The translations under genes were made by a program, and so were the position numbers. From NCBI GenBank assembly GCA_000934665.2, contig JYFJ02003263.1:1-45358 (forward strand): 45,358 bases of DNA. Direction: 5' to 3'. The notes below the pieces were generated by a model that worked only from the letters and a program-made list of their open reading frames with translations, had not been told where the DNA came from and ran no database searches. Shown one piece after another: positions 23,399 to 37,665 of this stretch; the stretch's first letter is position 1, and the number at the start of each line of letters is the position of its first letter. The stretch comes from Catajapyx aquilonaris (lineage: Eukaryota).

Positions 23399-26059
23399 CG
23401 TTGGGTAAACAAGTGGCGACACCTGGGAGACAGTTTTTTCACTCTTACATTTATATTCTTAAGCTATTTACCTTGATCATTTTCTTGAACATTTCCTTGA
23501 ACAGTTCCGTGAACGTTTCCGTGAACATTTCATTGGACATTTCATGGGACATTCAACTGATTTTTGATAACCTTTCCCACTGAATGATTTGAGGTCCCTA
23601 GATACGTCATAATACCCTATTTTTACCTCATCACACTGTTTCTTCATGCATGAACCTCCATTTTTTTTACCTCAGAGATGTCTAATTATTCTCTCGGGAA
23701 GAACCTCACAAACTGAATTACCCGCCAAATCGGCAATATCCTCACAGGATTGGGAAATTCAGCTTCTGAACGAAATATTCGGCCTCCCGTGTACTTGCTC
23801 GTTTTATGTCTCTCCATTACCATACCCAGCAGAAGACAGACATTTTGGCCAGCTAAAAGCCTCCAAGGATGATCCTCATTACATCCTAGAAATATTCATG
23901 GAGATTCCCTTTCCTCCCCCCTCCCAGCCAGCTAGGGTTCTCCAAGAAAAAGGAATTATCGCCATCAAAAGGTGGGAAAACGGATGTCTTGTTCATTTCA
24001 GTCCGCATTTTGTTATTTTTTCTTCCCCCGTTCACAATATATTCTGCATGCAAAAACGGAGGAATGGGAAGAGGGGGGGATCTTCGTAATAATCTTTTAA
24101 CGCTTTCTAACCCGAGGGTCATTCCATTAGGCGATAATTCGGCGAAGAATTTGCTGGGACGAAAGGAAGATTACGTTGGAAATTGAAGGAGATAAGTGGG
24201 GGGGATCTGAGGAGAAGGGGAAGGCGAAGGAGGCTGCCTTACCACCAGTGAGAGGAACAAAGGATGTAGCAAAATGTGGGGGAGAATACCAAAATTTATT
24301 TCGAAAATGTAGGCAGGATGTGCAGGCTAAATACTTTTATACATAAGTCACATAATTAGAAAAACTAGTGACTGGAGTTAATAAATGGAATTTTATCGCA
24401 GATCGGAGCTCTAGCAAAGGCATTTCCGGAGCTTAAAACACGAACGATAAAACCCCGGATATGCCCAATTTGCTCTGTATCCACGTCCAGCATCACCTGT
24501 GACCACAAAGCAGGCCAACAAAAGCGTCAGGAGAGCGCAGAACAAATCGTTGCTATCACAGCGTCATCCTATTACACTAATACACCGCAAGCGCTGACCT
24601 GTCAGCTGGCTTTTTGCCTTTGCGCTTCAAACCAGATAGTGCAAACACACTGCACGATGCGCGTACCCTAGTCATGTCCAATCCAACCCAGCTGCATGTG
24701 ATGTTCCAAGGATTAAAATGACGTATATCTGCTTTGAAACAGTCCACAACGAGTTTTACCCTACACATTCTGCGGTGTCATACCTTATGGATGTTCCCAT
24801 TTGGTACAGCAGTTTGAAGACACCTGAAATGTACATTTGTATTAACGGTATGTCAATGAATTGTGACAGCAAATCTTACAAGAAATAGACACTTTTTCAG
24901 GTAGACGTATCGTGTCCCTTGCTTCATAACAGACCCAGCCATCTGAGCAGTAAAAGAATGCATCTATACACACGATAGGGACCTGTTCATTCATTTGGCC
25001 TCTTGGATGGGGCGTCGAAATTACAAGAAACCGTACAAGAACATTCCAGAGGCGGAAATGGGCAAAACTGATTGCCTTTTCCTTCTCCTCCAATGAATCG
25101 GTCCGCCCTCAACTTCCTGGCCATCTCCACCACACTGGTGTACACGAAATGCCCCTGCTGGTCTCCCCATCTTCCGAGAAAAGAACCCCCAAAGGGTCTG
25201 GAGCAGTGATGAAGACCCGTTCGTCACGTGCCAACAGCCACTCTTTTAGGTAAGTGACCATCGTCAGGAGCGGTCCAATGAGTCCCCCTCGGCCTCTTCC
25301 CTCTTGCCTGGTAATAAGCGCCGGCGTCAAGAGCGCCTAAGATTGAATTTGGAGAAGCCAAGCAGTGGGGTGAGGGGGGTGAATCGCCGCGTGCTGTATG
25401 GCCTGAGTAGGAAAACCTCGTTTCGATCAACCTCAAGCACTCCCTGGTGCATTGTTATACTGCGGGAGCGACATCTGCATCAGCATGGTGAGTGCCTCAC
25501 CAATTCAGCCTCTCACAGTACAGAATTATTAATTTAATAATTTTTCTGAACCTTCTTACCGTCCGTGTCCTAACCGTCCCAACCGTCAGCGTCGGTCCTA
25601 ACGGTTTTTCAGCCCCGTTTGACTCCCCAACATGGCGCTTGTTTTGTTTACTAGTGGTTCGCTGGTGGGTACTACTTTTCACTTGCGGTCTATTCTTCCT
25701 CGGAGCTTGCGGTTCCGCACCGGTACCCGACGCACAGTTACCATAATCAAGTTGTCCCCCGGCTGAGCCCCCTCTTTCCAGAATTTAATGCGCCGTCGCT
25801 GACTGGCAACGCCGTCTTTCCCTCGTGCCCATGGGACACATTCGTCTCTTTGCACAAGAAGGGAGAAATATATGGAGGAAAAGTGGGAGAAGGCGGGTAG
25901 AGGGGAGGGGAAGTAGAAAAATAAAAAAAATAAGATGCGTCTGCTTTGCTTCTTTTCTCATTTTGGGCAACTTCTCTGTGCTTTTGACGCTTATGGAGCC
26001 GTTAAGGTTATGGTTTGTGGTTGTCATATTTGGATCGCCATTTTGGTAATCGTTTGATG

Positions 26060-27720
26060 GAAAAGTGCATCACTTGGTAGCTGTTGATATAACCCAACAA
26101 TGATGTTGATACTTTAAAAGCAGGATAAGTGCAATGGACCATTAGATGCATCTAGACACAATTCTACCGAAGAACTTGTCCTACCACAATATCTCATACA
26201 GTAAGCCCCCACAAAAATCAACAGAGCATGATCAATCCGCCATATTGAATCCAAACGGTCCAGTGCCCAAGATCGCTTCCATAAAACCCATTCCAAATTA
26301 TTAGACCCGAAACAGACGCGTGTTCACTCGGTATCAAACAGGCTTAAAACCTGGCTTGAAAATTGGAATCTAAAAGCCGAACCAATCAAGTGTTTGCCCT
26401 GAATAATGGAATTTTCTGAAAAAAAAAATCAACATTGTGAACCCCCCCCCCCCCCAAGTAGGCCCACCTCCATCACCAACTTTATGGGCATACAGGGGCT
26501 TATAATCTTCACCAGCCTTGCATGCTCCAGGGTTGCTGGGGGAGGTAGAGGCCGCTGCCATCTCTATTATCTGTAGGATGCTTCTGGAAGATTGCTTTTC
26601 AAAATTTACCAGGGCGGTCCGTAATTGCATGCCGAGTTGATAGTATGTCATGGGAAAGGTAGGTGACGCAGCGGACCTGGGTATGAGGCGGGGATTGATT
26701 CACGATTCGTCATTTGCTGCGACTTTTCCCTTCCCAAATTTGCGATTTTTTTTGTGTTTCATCTGAATAATTGCTGTTTGCGCGGGTGTAGGAAAAAAAA
26801 GTGCCATCACTCAGCGGGTCCTCACCTAGGAGGCAATTTTGCAAAGAGCGTCCTAATGGACTTGCTGCGAGCCATCCATCGTCTGTTGGGCACGACAAGA
26901 ACCAAGATCAGGAGGGGTAGTCCAAAGCGGGAGTTAACAAAACATTTTCTCCGGTCGTCATCAATCCCAACGAGCCGTTTCCGTCGAGAATCTGATTATT
27001 CATTTGTCATTTTGGCGACGCCTAGATGAGGGGTCATCATCTGTCTCGCCAGGCTGGAGGTACATAGGTCATCACTTTAGTAAACATGGGGAAAAAGTTA
27101 CATTTTCTACTGTTTGTGTAAGTATCCGGCTGAATCCGCGCGTCAGAAAGTAGTTCCTGACGCGGATGATTCTCGAAAGTAGTCCACTGCGAAAAGTAGT
27201 CCCCGCGGAGGTGACTACTTCCCTAGATATCGAACCAGACACCATACCCACACGAAATTCCTCATTACCAAACTGTCCTCCACCAGTGTCCATACACCAA
27301 AATTCAAAACAATAGCCTCTACTCGTTTTAATAAACCTATAATGACGCACGAACTGGTGGCCATCATACTTCTCGTATGACACTTCCTTTCTGATGGTGC
27401 CCGGGTTGGAATGTTAATCAGGCCACTTTGACGACGCTGTTATCTCCAGAACAAAAGGAATTCTATACTCCTTTTCCCCCCAGCCTTCAACTTCCTGAAA
27501 CAATAGCACCATTCACAGCTTTTCTCCAGATGTCTGCACTGCAAAAATCCGGGATTGGAAGAAAACCACTATTGGCATCTTTTGAATGACATCCAATGAT
27601 GATCCAGGTTTTTCCTCTAGAAAACATAAGCCTTTCCCCGACCTGCTCGGTGTTTACGTCTTGCGAAGGAAACTCAACACCTGTTTGTTACCACGACTTT
27701 GGTCATTTTAGTAACCTAGG
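26060..27720 (-). pseudogene. Decayed RecQ-like SF2 helicase (AcademH-type)
   Basis: QDV..PSRSGKGLCF (27620-27665, cf. RDV..PTGSGKSLCF, Walker A); CMDTGG..EFR (cf. HCxxxWG..FR); YYQLGM..F..SILQIIEMAA (cf. YHAGM..F..IRxxIATxA); YAHKVGDGG (cf. YxQExGRAG); PLHLSC (cf. HxCCD). Order and strand are correct. Confidence 0.55.
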
Positions 27721-27899
27721 CAACCCCTCGAAGCCCCGATTAGGCCTTTCAAACAGTTTTCTTTTATATCTCCAGCAAGACCGATTAGGTTTCCATGGCG
27801 AGCTGACTTTCTTTTTTCCCCAGTCCAAACTTTGGCGTAACTATAACAAGGCGCGTCTAGAGGGCGGTACATGTACCTCGTTAAAGAAGATTGGGACTC

Positions 27900-30800
27900 C
27901 CTAGAAAATATTCTTACACTGTATGCTCCATCTCACAAACAACGGGATTACAAGTTGCTTCTGATGTTACGGGTGTTGGGTTTCTATTGCCTCCTTCGTT
28001 TTTTTTTTTTTTTTTAAAAAAAAAACAACAACAAGATGGAGCATATTTTCTGGTATGGGGAACAAAGCCGTTACATTCCTTTTTATGTGGTGGGGGGGCC
28101 GCCATTGATTGGTAGGGGGGGAAGGCTTTGGTGGCGATCAAGACTTGTCAAGATGGAGGGAATGGACCGGACTTTGGGTGACATGTGAGGGTAGGACTGG
28201 GGGAGAAGAGGAGTATTCTTCCATTTCCCATGAGCAGGATAAACCTTGCCTCGATTGAGAGGCATCAATTCCAAATTTCCGGTCCCCAAAGGCTCGCCGG
28301 GACCTTTATTTAACTGAATTTGCCGATAGAGAGCGTGACAGGCCACATATTGGGGCGTTTCATTGGTACCAGGGGTTAAGTTGCTCCAGTGGGGGAAATT
28401 GCCGCATTTTTAGAATGCATATTGCTTGTACTTACATGTAACATTTTAACCAATCTAGAAGGAGAAACACTTTCCGTGTTTAGGAAGTTTCTCCCACAGA
28501 TGGCGTGGATACTGGCTGATCTGGAGGCTTTCAGCTTTGTGAATAGTCGTGTTGCAGCCTGAATCGAGGCTAGTTTGCAACCCGGAGCATCAGAGGTGAT
28601 CACTTTTTGCACATATTGTAAGGCTGAGTAGGCTACTTGGTAGGCATCAGATTTTAATTTCACTAATGAATTAAATTAATCAAATTAAGTTAATACATAC
28701 CATTTAAATAATATTATTAATCAAATTAATTTAATACACACCATTTAAATATTATTAATCAAATTAATTTAATACACAAAAATTAAAATTAATTTAACCA
28801 ATTAAATACAAAAATTAATTCATTAAATTATTGATTTAATTAATTAATTAATTTACAAAATTACCATTAACTTAATTAAACACAAATTTAAAAATTTAAT
28901 TAATGTTATACACAAAAATTTAAAAATTCAATTAAACATCAAGTAAAGGCAAGGTAGCACGGTGGGACGCATACCTGCCAGGATGATCTTACCCCCTTAT
29001 CTCGCTGGCTTTTCAATAGGGGCGCCACTTACTACTAGGTATCTAGGATCAGCGAAATAGTGCACACGTCTTACAAATTAGGCAGAGGATTGGTTTGCCG
29101 CCTTAGTAACCTCACCGAAGACTCGAAAAAAAAAAGATCCCATGGAAGAAAAGAAGGCAGGTCTTGGAATTCCACGCATAATCCCAGGAGAAGGCAATGG
29201 ATAATGAAGAAGGTGGGAGGAGGGGAGTGAGGGAGAAACTGGCTAGGACCATTCGCATTCAAGAGAGAAGGCCGGAATTTGGCAGTGCCCTGCCGAGCAT
29301 GGGAGATGCGCCCTCATGCGCGAAGCAGTTAATTTGGCAAAGATGGGGTGGGACCACTCGGGGGAAGGAAGGAAGGAAGGAAAGGCAAAGCAAAATGTGG
29401 GGAGAGGAGGAGGTGGGTAGAAGAGACTTGCTTGTTGATGGCACATGATGGGTGCTACAGGTGAAAGAGGTTGCACTACAATTACCTATTGACTTTGGAA
29501 CAACAAGTCTGATAGAGATTGAAGCAAAATTGGCTGAAGTTTGGATCGTATCTAATGTTGCGACACTTCTATAGAAGTTCACACGTTCAGGTTCTTTATG
29601 ACGCACCCAACGATCCTCATAAACATGGCGTCGCATCACCTTTCAAATCACCCCCTAGCAACATGCTCAACAAAAACAAGAGCTCCCTATGACCCCCTGA
29701 GTAATTTTCCAGGACAGAGCGACCAGGGCCATGTATACGAGGCTGGATGCTGGGAAAAACCACCTGCGACCCCCCTCTTTATAACGGCCCTTTTCTTCTG
29801 GGGAGACACCAGGAGGAGCCACTTGCGTGCTCCCATCAACAGCCCCTGAGCAAGTGCCACCTTCCAGGCTGCAATTAATTCACACCTCGCACAATGGAGG
29901 AGCTACTTCCAGGGGATGGGGAATTATTTAGAGCTAGGGCTGGGTTGCTCCAGAAATTTCGGGGGGGTCTAAAGTGGGGCTCAACAATGGGGATCACCTT
30001 CAATCCTTGGACGGGCTGAAACGGTGGCTTTGAGTCTATGGAAGTTGGCTGGGAGTTTAGTGGTGGTTGTGACCCATATGCAAGGAGGGGGGGGGGGGTT
30101 ATTATCCTGACCTAAATCTGACAGAGACAAGTTAGATATTTGATGGATTTAGCCTCCGTGGGTTGGAGTTTGTTAATAAGTGATGAGATGTGTGCCTTTG
30201 GCATCGCGGTGTGTCCGAGACATGAAGTTGACATATATGACTGAGGAAGTTTCTAATGAAGTTCGTTGTAACTTTTCAAAAATAATCAGATGCATTACTT
30301 ACAATTACTCTAGTATTCAGTTGATATACTGCAGTTAGATACCATTCAAAATGTTGGCGAGCTTTACAAAAATGTTATGAATTTTGACGTGTCAAACGCA
30401 AGATTTGACTAATTAAGCAATTCCGTATTAAAATTAATAACAAATTAACATTTCTGCCATTTAATACTTTCCAACAATATTGCAAATTTCTCATTAGTAA
30501 GATTAAACATACGTTCCTTTTATACGATCCACTGTTCCGGAGACACCCTCATTATGTGAAGTGCATTTACAACAGTGACAGCAAATGTCTCACTTACAAG
30601 TAGCAAAAGTCGAGAAATGCCTACAAGCAACACTCGATGTAACACTGTTCAAACAACCTGAAAACAACTGTTCGTGCTGGGCAAGAAGAAACATTCGGAC
30701 TGCAAAGTTGGTCGTCCAAACAATCGAAAGTGGTCAACCTGTTCTCTGACTGTTGAAATTCATCTCTCCCCACCGCATATTGATCCAACAATTACCTTAC

Positions 30801-33800
30801 ATGCTTTTTTCCCTTGCCATTCCCTGTGCAATAGGTAATAATATGTTAAAGGTCATGATCAGGTCACCACATGTTGTAATTACTCTCTGTGAACACCAAT
30901 CAGCAGTAAATATGGAACAATACACTTTTTTGGGTGCAACGTGCCCTTAATTGGCCTCCACTTTGACTGCCAATAATTAGTCGGGAGGGCAAAAACCAAT
31001 CGGAAACCTCATGATTTGACATTCGACCTCAACATGCAATTATTACAATCTGTGGTCAGCATTGAGCATTCCGTAAATTGGTGATGAGTTCTGCAGGCTT
31101 AGGTGGCAATCGCTGAGGTCACAAGTGACGCTCAGATGATCATAGACTAGTGCAAAATTAATGACCCCATCATTATTGCGATACTACCATAAATTTCTAT
31201 TTTTGATTATCTTGACGTCTATATTCACATTTTTAAATACTGAATATAAAATTAAATTTCAAAATAGGCCAGTTAATATAGTTTAAACCCATACTTGAAC
31301 GTGATGTGATTTATACGCCTATTTCTAACTCAGTACTGTTTGTAACACCCATTGTATTTACACCAGAACAATGCACCTACACCGACAATGGCAGTCGGAA
31401 TATAGGTACACTTACAGCTCAGTGCACAAACTTGCAGCTGGAACCTGTAAAGCGAGACGTATTTCACATGCGAGTCAACAAAGCCAACACTAGATGCCAA
31501 ATGAATTCCAGTACAATGTCGAATTGCGCAGTATAGTGTTACAGGGTGACTGCACTTGCACTATCACTGCTGGCGACAGAATCCCCAGTGTAAGTAATTA
31601 GCTTAGGCACACATGCTTTACATATAGTCTGGACTTGTCAGGATGGATTTCTAGTTTAGTGTTGCAAATGAAGCTGGAGCATTTTATACAGGAGTCAAAA
31701 GCCTTCCAACCCCATCTATCGAGCGGATTCTCACTCATTGTGTGGTTCACTATATTTCAGCTTGTTTACTGCAGGTAAATACATAGTGCAGACTGCATTG
31801 CAGCAACCAAGGCTTTTGTATGAGAAATTTCCTGAATAAACCTCGTCTGCAAATTTCTCTCTCCATTCCAGCCCCTCCCTCCCCCTAAACCGCCCTACCA
31901 GTTTTGTCCCTCCCATCACCCAAAATCATTTCATATTTCCGATACATTAATTTCCCATTTCCAAGCTCCACGAAGCGTAGGTCTCTCTCCCAACCCCCCA
32001 CTTCCCTCCCCCAAACTCTCCGAACAACACAATCAGTGCCAGAGGACGAACAGTCTGAAGTCTTTATCCCAAACCCTCTCCCTTTTGCCTTTTGTCTCTA
32101 CTTTCCCTCCCCACTTATGAATAGAATCGTAGATTCATATTGCTCAAAAATAATTCTTCAATATGGCTGCCGATTCAAGCTTCCACCGTTGTCAATATCC
32201 CTCCGCTGGTGCACGTGGCGAAAGTAGTTCCTCTTCTAACGGTCATTAACGGTCACTTTTACAGATACTTGTTGTTTTTCCACATTTTCCGAGTTAGATC
32301 GGTCTATGTTTTGACTGAGTCATGTTATTGGATTTGGATAGCGTGGGGAGGGGTGATCCAGTTCGCTTCCAGCACTATTTATCACCTTCACTCGGTCCTT
32401 TGAACCTCGAGGGGGCCTTTCATCCAAGAGGCCACACGTGCACATACAGACGGTTACCGTAGAGACCACCTTTTTGCCAGGGAAGAAACAGATACCTGAT
32501 CCTTTGTCTGCCAACAGGTATTTTTATGGCATTAATAGATGAAAAGCATTTGCTTCCTGGAAATGCGGATGTGTTGCAATTATCAGGCATGTTGACTTGT
32601 ATGATCTTTCTATGACAGCAGGGCACGTAAATGGCTCTATTATTTCAGGACACAGATTGCTGATGGTCGTTCCTTCTGATGGTGCGCATTCAGACATGTC
32701 AGGAAAAATATTTTTGTAAAGATTAACTTGCTCATTAACCAACGTGTGATAATTACTGTGGGAACATAACCGAATTTAATTACAGAACGAGCAGGACTCA
32801 CTGTAATGATTATGATGAGCCTGAAATGCAAAAGTCACATTTGTCTGAAGCTTCCAAAACTGCGTTATCGCTTAAATGACAAATTATTATTATTTTTAAA
32901 TAGCTTTGATACAAAAATTCATATATGAGCATTAGAATAATATTAAACAATCAATTTTGAGCAAAGTTTGCGTATCAGTGCATAATTCTTCAAATAGTTC
33001 CTTATTTGTTGGCCAAAATTTCCTCAAAAAAATATGATTCTGATTTTATCAGTATTAATGATTTTCCCATCATTTTTAACGTTAAAAATCCGGCATAATA
33101 CAAAATTAGAACCGAAGTCAACATCCAGTATCAAACTTGTTTTCTATACTTTCCCTTTTCCGTTAGTCCTTCCGGCCATAGCTAGATCCGGATGTCGTAT
33201 CAATCAGCAAGAAGGCAGCTAATTCATCACGCGTCCTTCTCCGCAACAGGACCACGCAAAAAGGACCCACAATCCATGATTGGGCCAAGGGGAAGTACCA
33301 GAAGAAGAGAAAAAAATTCTCTCTCCCCCCCCCCCCCTTCCTACCCTCCCTGTGAACTCCTCCGTATCCTCATATATTTCGTGTCCAAATGGATGCTCGG
33401 GGCAGAAAATGGCAGAAAAAGAAGTGGAAAAGGGGGAGAGAGACGGAAGGGGAGAAGTTACGATGGTAGGGGAAACGTTCGTAAAATAGAAAACCCTCAG
33501 CCAAGGCACTCTAAGATAGGTTTCATCAAGAGCCTTCAATGTCAACTGGACAGCAGATCCACTTACTGGACATGTCTAGAGATGGCAGCACTTTGAGACC
33601 AACTAACGCCAATGTGAGTAGGATGTGAACCACTATTTTCTTCTTCCCTATAGTAGAAATTGGCAGGCTTTCAGGAAAAGAAGCGGTGAGGCCATTAGCT
33701 ATTGAGCAATCCGGTAAGGTTGTGCCCGGATTCACTAAGCATTTCCTAGCTCAAGATGAGCTTGGAGTTGTATATGCAAATGTAGATTACCTACCCTCCA

Positions 33801-34980
33801 AGGCTTATGTGGGTTACATGCTGTAGGAAATAATGCTGAGATATACAATCAGTAATGAGCAGGGTTGATCGAGGGGGTTCTTGGGAGGTTCCCAGGGTGG
33901 TGCATTAATGTTAGATCTCTTTCACACTTCAGCACACAAAAGACTTGGTGAATCATGTGAGGGGATGAGTCACGTGATAAATGCACACCCTTCCACGCAC
34001 GTTTCCTTACAGAGAGATTTACGGTATTCGTATCCGGGGTGCTCCCCTCTACTAATCGTGTCAAGTGCGATTGATCATTGATCCTGTTAGTTAGGCAACT
34101 CTCTTAGTGATGACAACATTGCTGACATACTGTTACAAGCGCATATGAAGATTTCTATTCGAAACATCAGGAGATATTAATAAAGTTCTAGAGACTAGAC
34201 CACAACATGGTGTCAGAAGTGGGATTAGTGTTCAACAAAATAGACAAATTGTTCGTCTGAAAATTATAACAATAGTCGACTCTGCTGGCTACAATAAAGG
34301 TGACCCAACAGGAAGCCCCTAGTGTTCGGTTCAGGGTAATTGGACATGCGACAAATGATTTTTGATCACGGACCTAGGGAGTCTCCCTCCACCCCCAAAT
34401 TGCAGGAAAACCTACCCAAAACCCACCACACCGGAAAAGAACGGACCTACGTAAAATCCCCTCTTATTTCAGGCTCCTGTGCGTCATCCCTAATCTCACG
34501 TCTGCGCCGCAGGTGTCCGTCGACACGTCGTCACGCTGTCATCCGTACCCTCACCCTAACAATCCCAAAACCCAAGACCCCGAGACCCATTCTAGGGGTG
34601 TCCCCTGGATTTCAATCCAATCTCCCTGGAGGTCTCACCCTGATAAATTAGACCAGAGGGTGGGGGAGAGGAATGACAGTCAGGACCCAAAATGGCTGGG
34701 TACTCTTCCGTGAAAAAAGTTTCAATTTCCGGATTTTTAAGATGATTGGTGGCAGCCATTATGGGTCCAGCTTAAGGAGGGTGCTCTTGACCGACGTGGA
34801 ATCGATCCAATCGCCTCGATGACCAATTTAATCAGGGGGGCGAATCCATGCAAAATGCACGTGTAATCAAGAGACGCGTGGTGGTGGAAAGTGAATAAAG
34901 CATGAAACGCACCGCATACAATACCGCATGGGCATACAAGGAGCCTGATCTTTCCAGGGTACGACCAAATCACTTCGGTA
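27900..34980 (-). pseudogene. Decayed AcademX-like transposase with XPG/PIN-like nuclease region
   Basis: Ordered motifs on the minus strand: ALFTFHHHASLDYT (cf. AxxAxYHxxCxxxY); SSKWI..TYLRV (cf. SKxLI..SYxxV); EFTGR (cf. FHGT); KFGYVPTV (cf. IGYLPxI); NAFHLLM (cf. GAFHxxM); YLPAVNKLKYSEP (cf. YLxxMxxLxxxHP); LLDQYAVGRDEF..NRL..LFEQCYIEC..GCLR (30530-30790); HKEPER..TLDTI (cf. HEEADT..SxDTDV); ESVSPS..LHVSTSN (cf. ExLPPT..LHxxRAN). Confidence 0.6.
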
Positions 34981-35149
34981 GAATGGATGTCTAGGGTGGG
35001 TTTATGATGGGATTAACACGGGTCAAAGGGATTTGGAACAATATGGGCGTATGCCACACCAATCTGTGGGTGAGACATTTTCACAAATTATGTTCGTCAC
35101 TTGCCTAACCAAAACACTACCTAACCTAACATAACTAGAGAGGCTATAG

Positions 35150-35560
35150 GGAGTTGGTCGCCAACTTCTGGCCGGATCTGACGTCACGGTTGACTCCGAT
35201 TGGATGGAGTAGTACAAGCCTTCTGGTCTTAGCCAACCGTGACGTCACAGCCGGCCACTATTTCCATATCATTGATATGGAAATGGACATCACCAAATCC
35301 TTAATGCTTAACAGCTAGAAAGGTTAGTGGAAACACCCCCTAATCATTCTAGCTGTTTATCATTAGCAATTTAGCGCCACCCACGGTTTACTAACCGAAT
35401 TAGCTGTTAGCGGAAGTTAGCTGAGCTAAAAAATCAGTTAGCTTGCCCAGCTCTGCAAATCAACGCAAGATGGCGTCCTCCATAGGACACACAAACACTC
35501 CATAATTACTCCAGCCAATCAGAGACGACTTGACGGCAGAAGTTAGCGACTCTGGAGGCT
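35150..35560. mobile_element. Old MITE(s): inverted-repeat element with a nested hAT-like end
   Basis: GTCGCCAACTTCTG..GATTGGATGGAGTA mirrored by TACTCCAGCCAATC..CAGAAGTTAGCGAC. Internal TTAGC-rich tract ends GCTTGCCCAGCTCTG at about 35455. Confidence 0.55.
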
Positions 35561-35879
35561 CCTAACCTATCCTAATGTAGCTGAAATTCCAGATATTTCC
35601 TCAAAAATTACATTTTTGGAAAAGTTGATAAATTTTTCTAAAATATGCTTCAAATGTTTAATCTAACGTAAGCTACTATGCCCTACAACAAGGGGCAAGT
35701 CCCTAATCACATAACGAAATAATACCTCAGACATTAAATCAAAATGGGGTAGTAGTCCCAACCATGGTCCCAACAACCCCCATATGTCCACCACCATATT
35801 TCCCACGCCAGCCCGAATATTTACATGTTACATTTCCACCCGGAGCACTCCAGCATAATGGAATTAACCAAGTCCCATC

Positions 35880-36155
35880 ATCATCATCAGCAATGCAACT
35901 CGACACGTGTCCCAAGTTCCAGTGAGGGTAGGGAATGATATTTTTTTGTTTACCGCTCCTTCCCCCATCTCCCCCCGATCTCTTATGGTGGGAGTTGATC
36001 GAAAGGGGTTTGGCATTGACAAGGAGTTACAGAGATGGATTTGTCCAATCCATCATCAAAGCTTGGGTTCCGAAGCAGTTGTCATGGTCACGATCCAAGC
36101 CTTCGCGTGCATCCAGTCACGTGATTATCCAACATGGCCACCCCAACATTTTTTG
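35880..36155 (+). pseudogene. Decayed C-terminal fragment of a Tc1/mariner transposase
   Basis: SNATRHVS (cf. DNAPxHxS); LPPSPPDL (cf. WPPxSPDLNPIE); IIKAW..HVIIQHGHPNIF (cf. IxxAW..AVIxxxGxxTxY), with a frameshift. Confidence 0.5.
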
Positions 36156-37665
36156 GAAGAATTTTCTACTTTTTTTACTGGATTCTAGAGGTTGGTTGGT
36201 GGTCAGAGTGAAAAGATAGGAGGGAAAGAATACCGTTGGTGGCGTGGTGGGAATAAATGGAGCGAATATTGAACATCCGGGCTCGCGATTCCTTTCACGC
36301 TTCTCACCTATTGATTGGCGTAGGCATTGTGGCCGGCACGTGGGGACTGTCGTAAGAGGAGGAGGTCGTATCTACCTGATCTAGCTTATGGGGAGACCCT
36401 GCAAGAGTGAAGGAACAGAAAAAAAGTTTGTGGGGGACTGTTGATGGAAGGAAGGGGAAGGAGGAAGAGGGCAGTGACCGGAAATGGAAGGAAACAGTGG
36501 CCATCACCTTGGCTAATTGGAGGGGGGTGGTAGAAGATAAGCTTTGATTGTGGGAGTAATGGGGGATGTATTGGACGAATCAGCTCTAATTTAAAGTAAA
36601 GGGGGTGTACGCAACAATTTCGTCAAATTCTGGACAATAATTTTCAGTGTTTCCATGCGACAAGCGATTCTGAAGCAGTTTTTTCTTCAAATAAACAAAT
36701 AATCCACCTTTAGTGCCAAACGCCCGCCAGAGATGGCGCTCCTCCCACTGCAGCGCCCCCCTAGCGCCTCACTCTGAACTACGTCCACAGCACCATGCAT
36801 GTCTCAGCACAACCTGGCGAAAGGTGTCCCACAGCGGTCGTCACCAGCTAGAGATGGCCAGGGCGTGCAATTATTTATTCAAAGCTTGGTGTAAGCAATG
36901 AAGGTGCTTATCAAAGTTAGAATGAACACTAGAAAAGGGGTATGGAGGGAGTCGCTCGTTAATCTTTCACATCTAAACAGACGGGGGGCTTGTTTCCATC
37001 GATTCCTTCCCCTACTCTCCCCGCTCGACTCCCTAAATGAGGCTCTTTCGTGGAGGTGGCAAAGCCCGGTGCGTAATGCGAAAACAACCGGATTACACAT
37101 GCGGGTTGGGGAGAGAAAAAAAGGGTTATGCACACATTAGCCTCACGTCATAAGCAGGCATGTGTGATACCCCCTACTCCCTCCCTTTATTATTGTTATT
37201 TAGCTCCGACTGTGGCTTTTAATCTTCATATGAAATGGGCTAGGTTTTTTTTCATGTTAGCAAGGATGGCTCGTAACTCATAGCTAACTTGCCCAAGTTA
37301 TAGTGCCTAGAATTGCTATGACGTTATCTAGGACGCGGGGTATTATTGAACATACCTGAGGTCACTAACATGGGTATGAGTTTTAGGAGTCTGGCCATGT
37401 GTGCAACAAGCCCATGCACATGTATGAAATTATTCACCAAGTGCATTTGGGTCACAATTTATGGAGATAAATTAATTAATATTTTCATCTCAGTACATAA
37501 AACAATTAGGGGGCACGGCAGTGCTCCCGCCAAGTTCTCGTTATATTTACCTGTACATAGTCAACAATTTTTATGCAAGTAGTCTACATTAATTTGAGCT
37601 GTAATAACCTGCCCCATATGCACCTAATGAATATTTTTATGCCGTTAGACCAATTCTTTGATATA

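Larger units (their letters stand above)
20840..25500 (-). pseudogene. Decayed DUF6589-type (AcademH-like) transposase
   Basis: Ordered motifs on the minus strand: RQSVLP..GMFLYG (25030-25080); VFKLLYQMGTSIRYDTA (24770-24822, cf. VFxxLxxLGxxxSYxT); WVGLD..LHY (cf. xGDNxD..LHY); NGGDG (~22515-22530, cf. GGDQL); ARNDGDDDR..GLKNEARA..NRETN..GNINHAL (21150-21360, cf. AIREGDGxR..GRKNYAxE..NRxVN..NIPxDL). Equating DUF6589 with the AcademH transposase is my inference. Confidence 0.5.
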
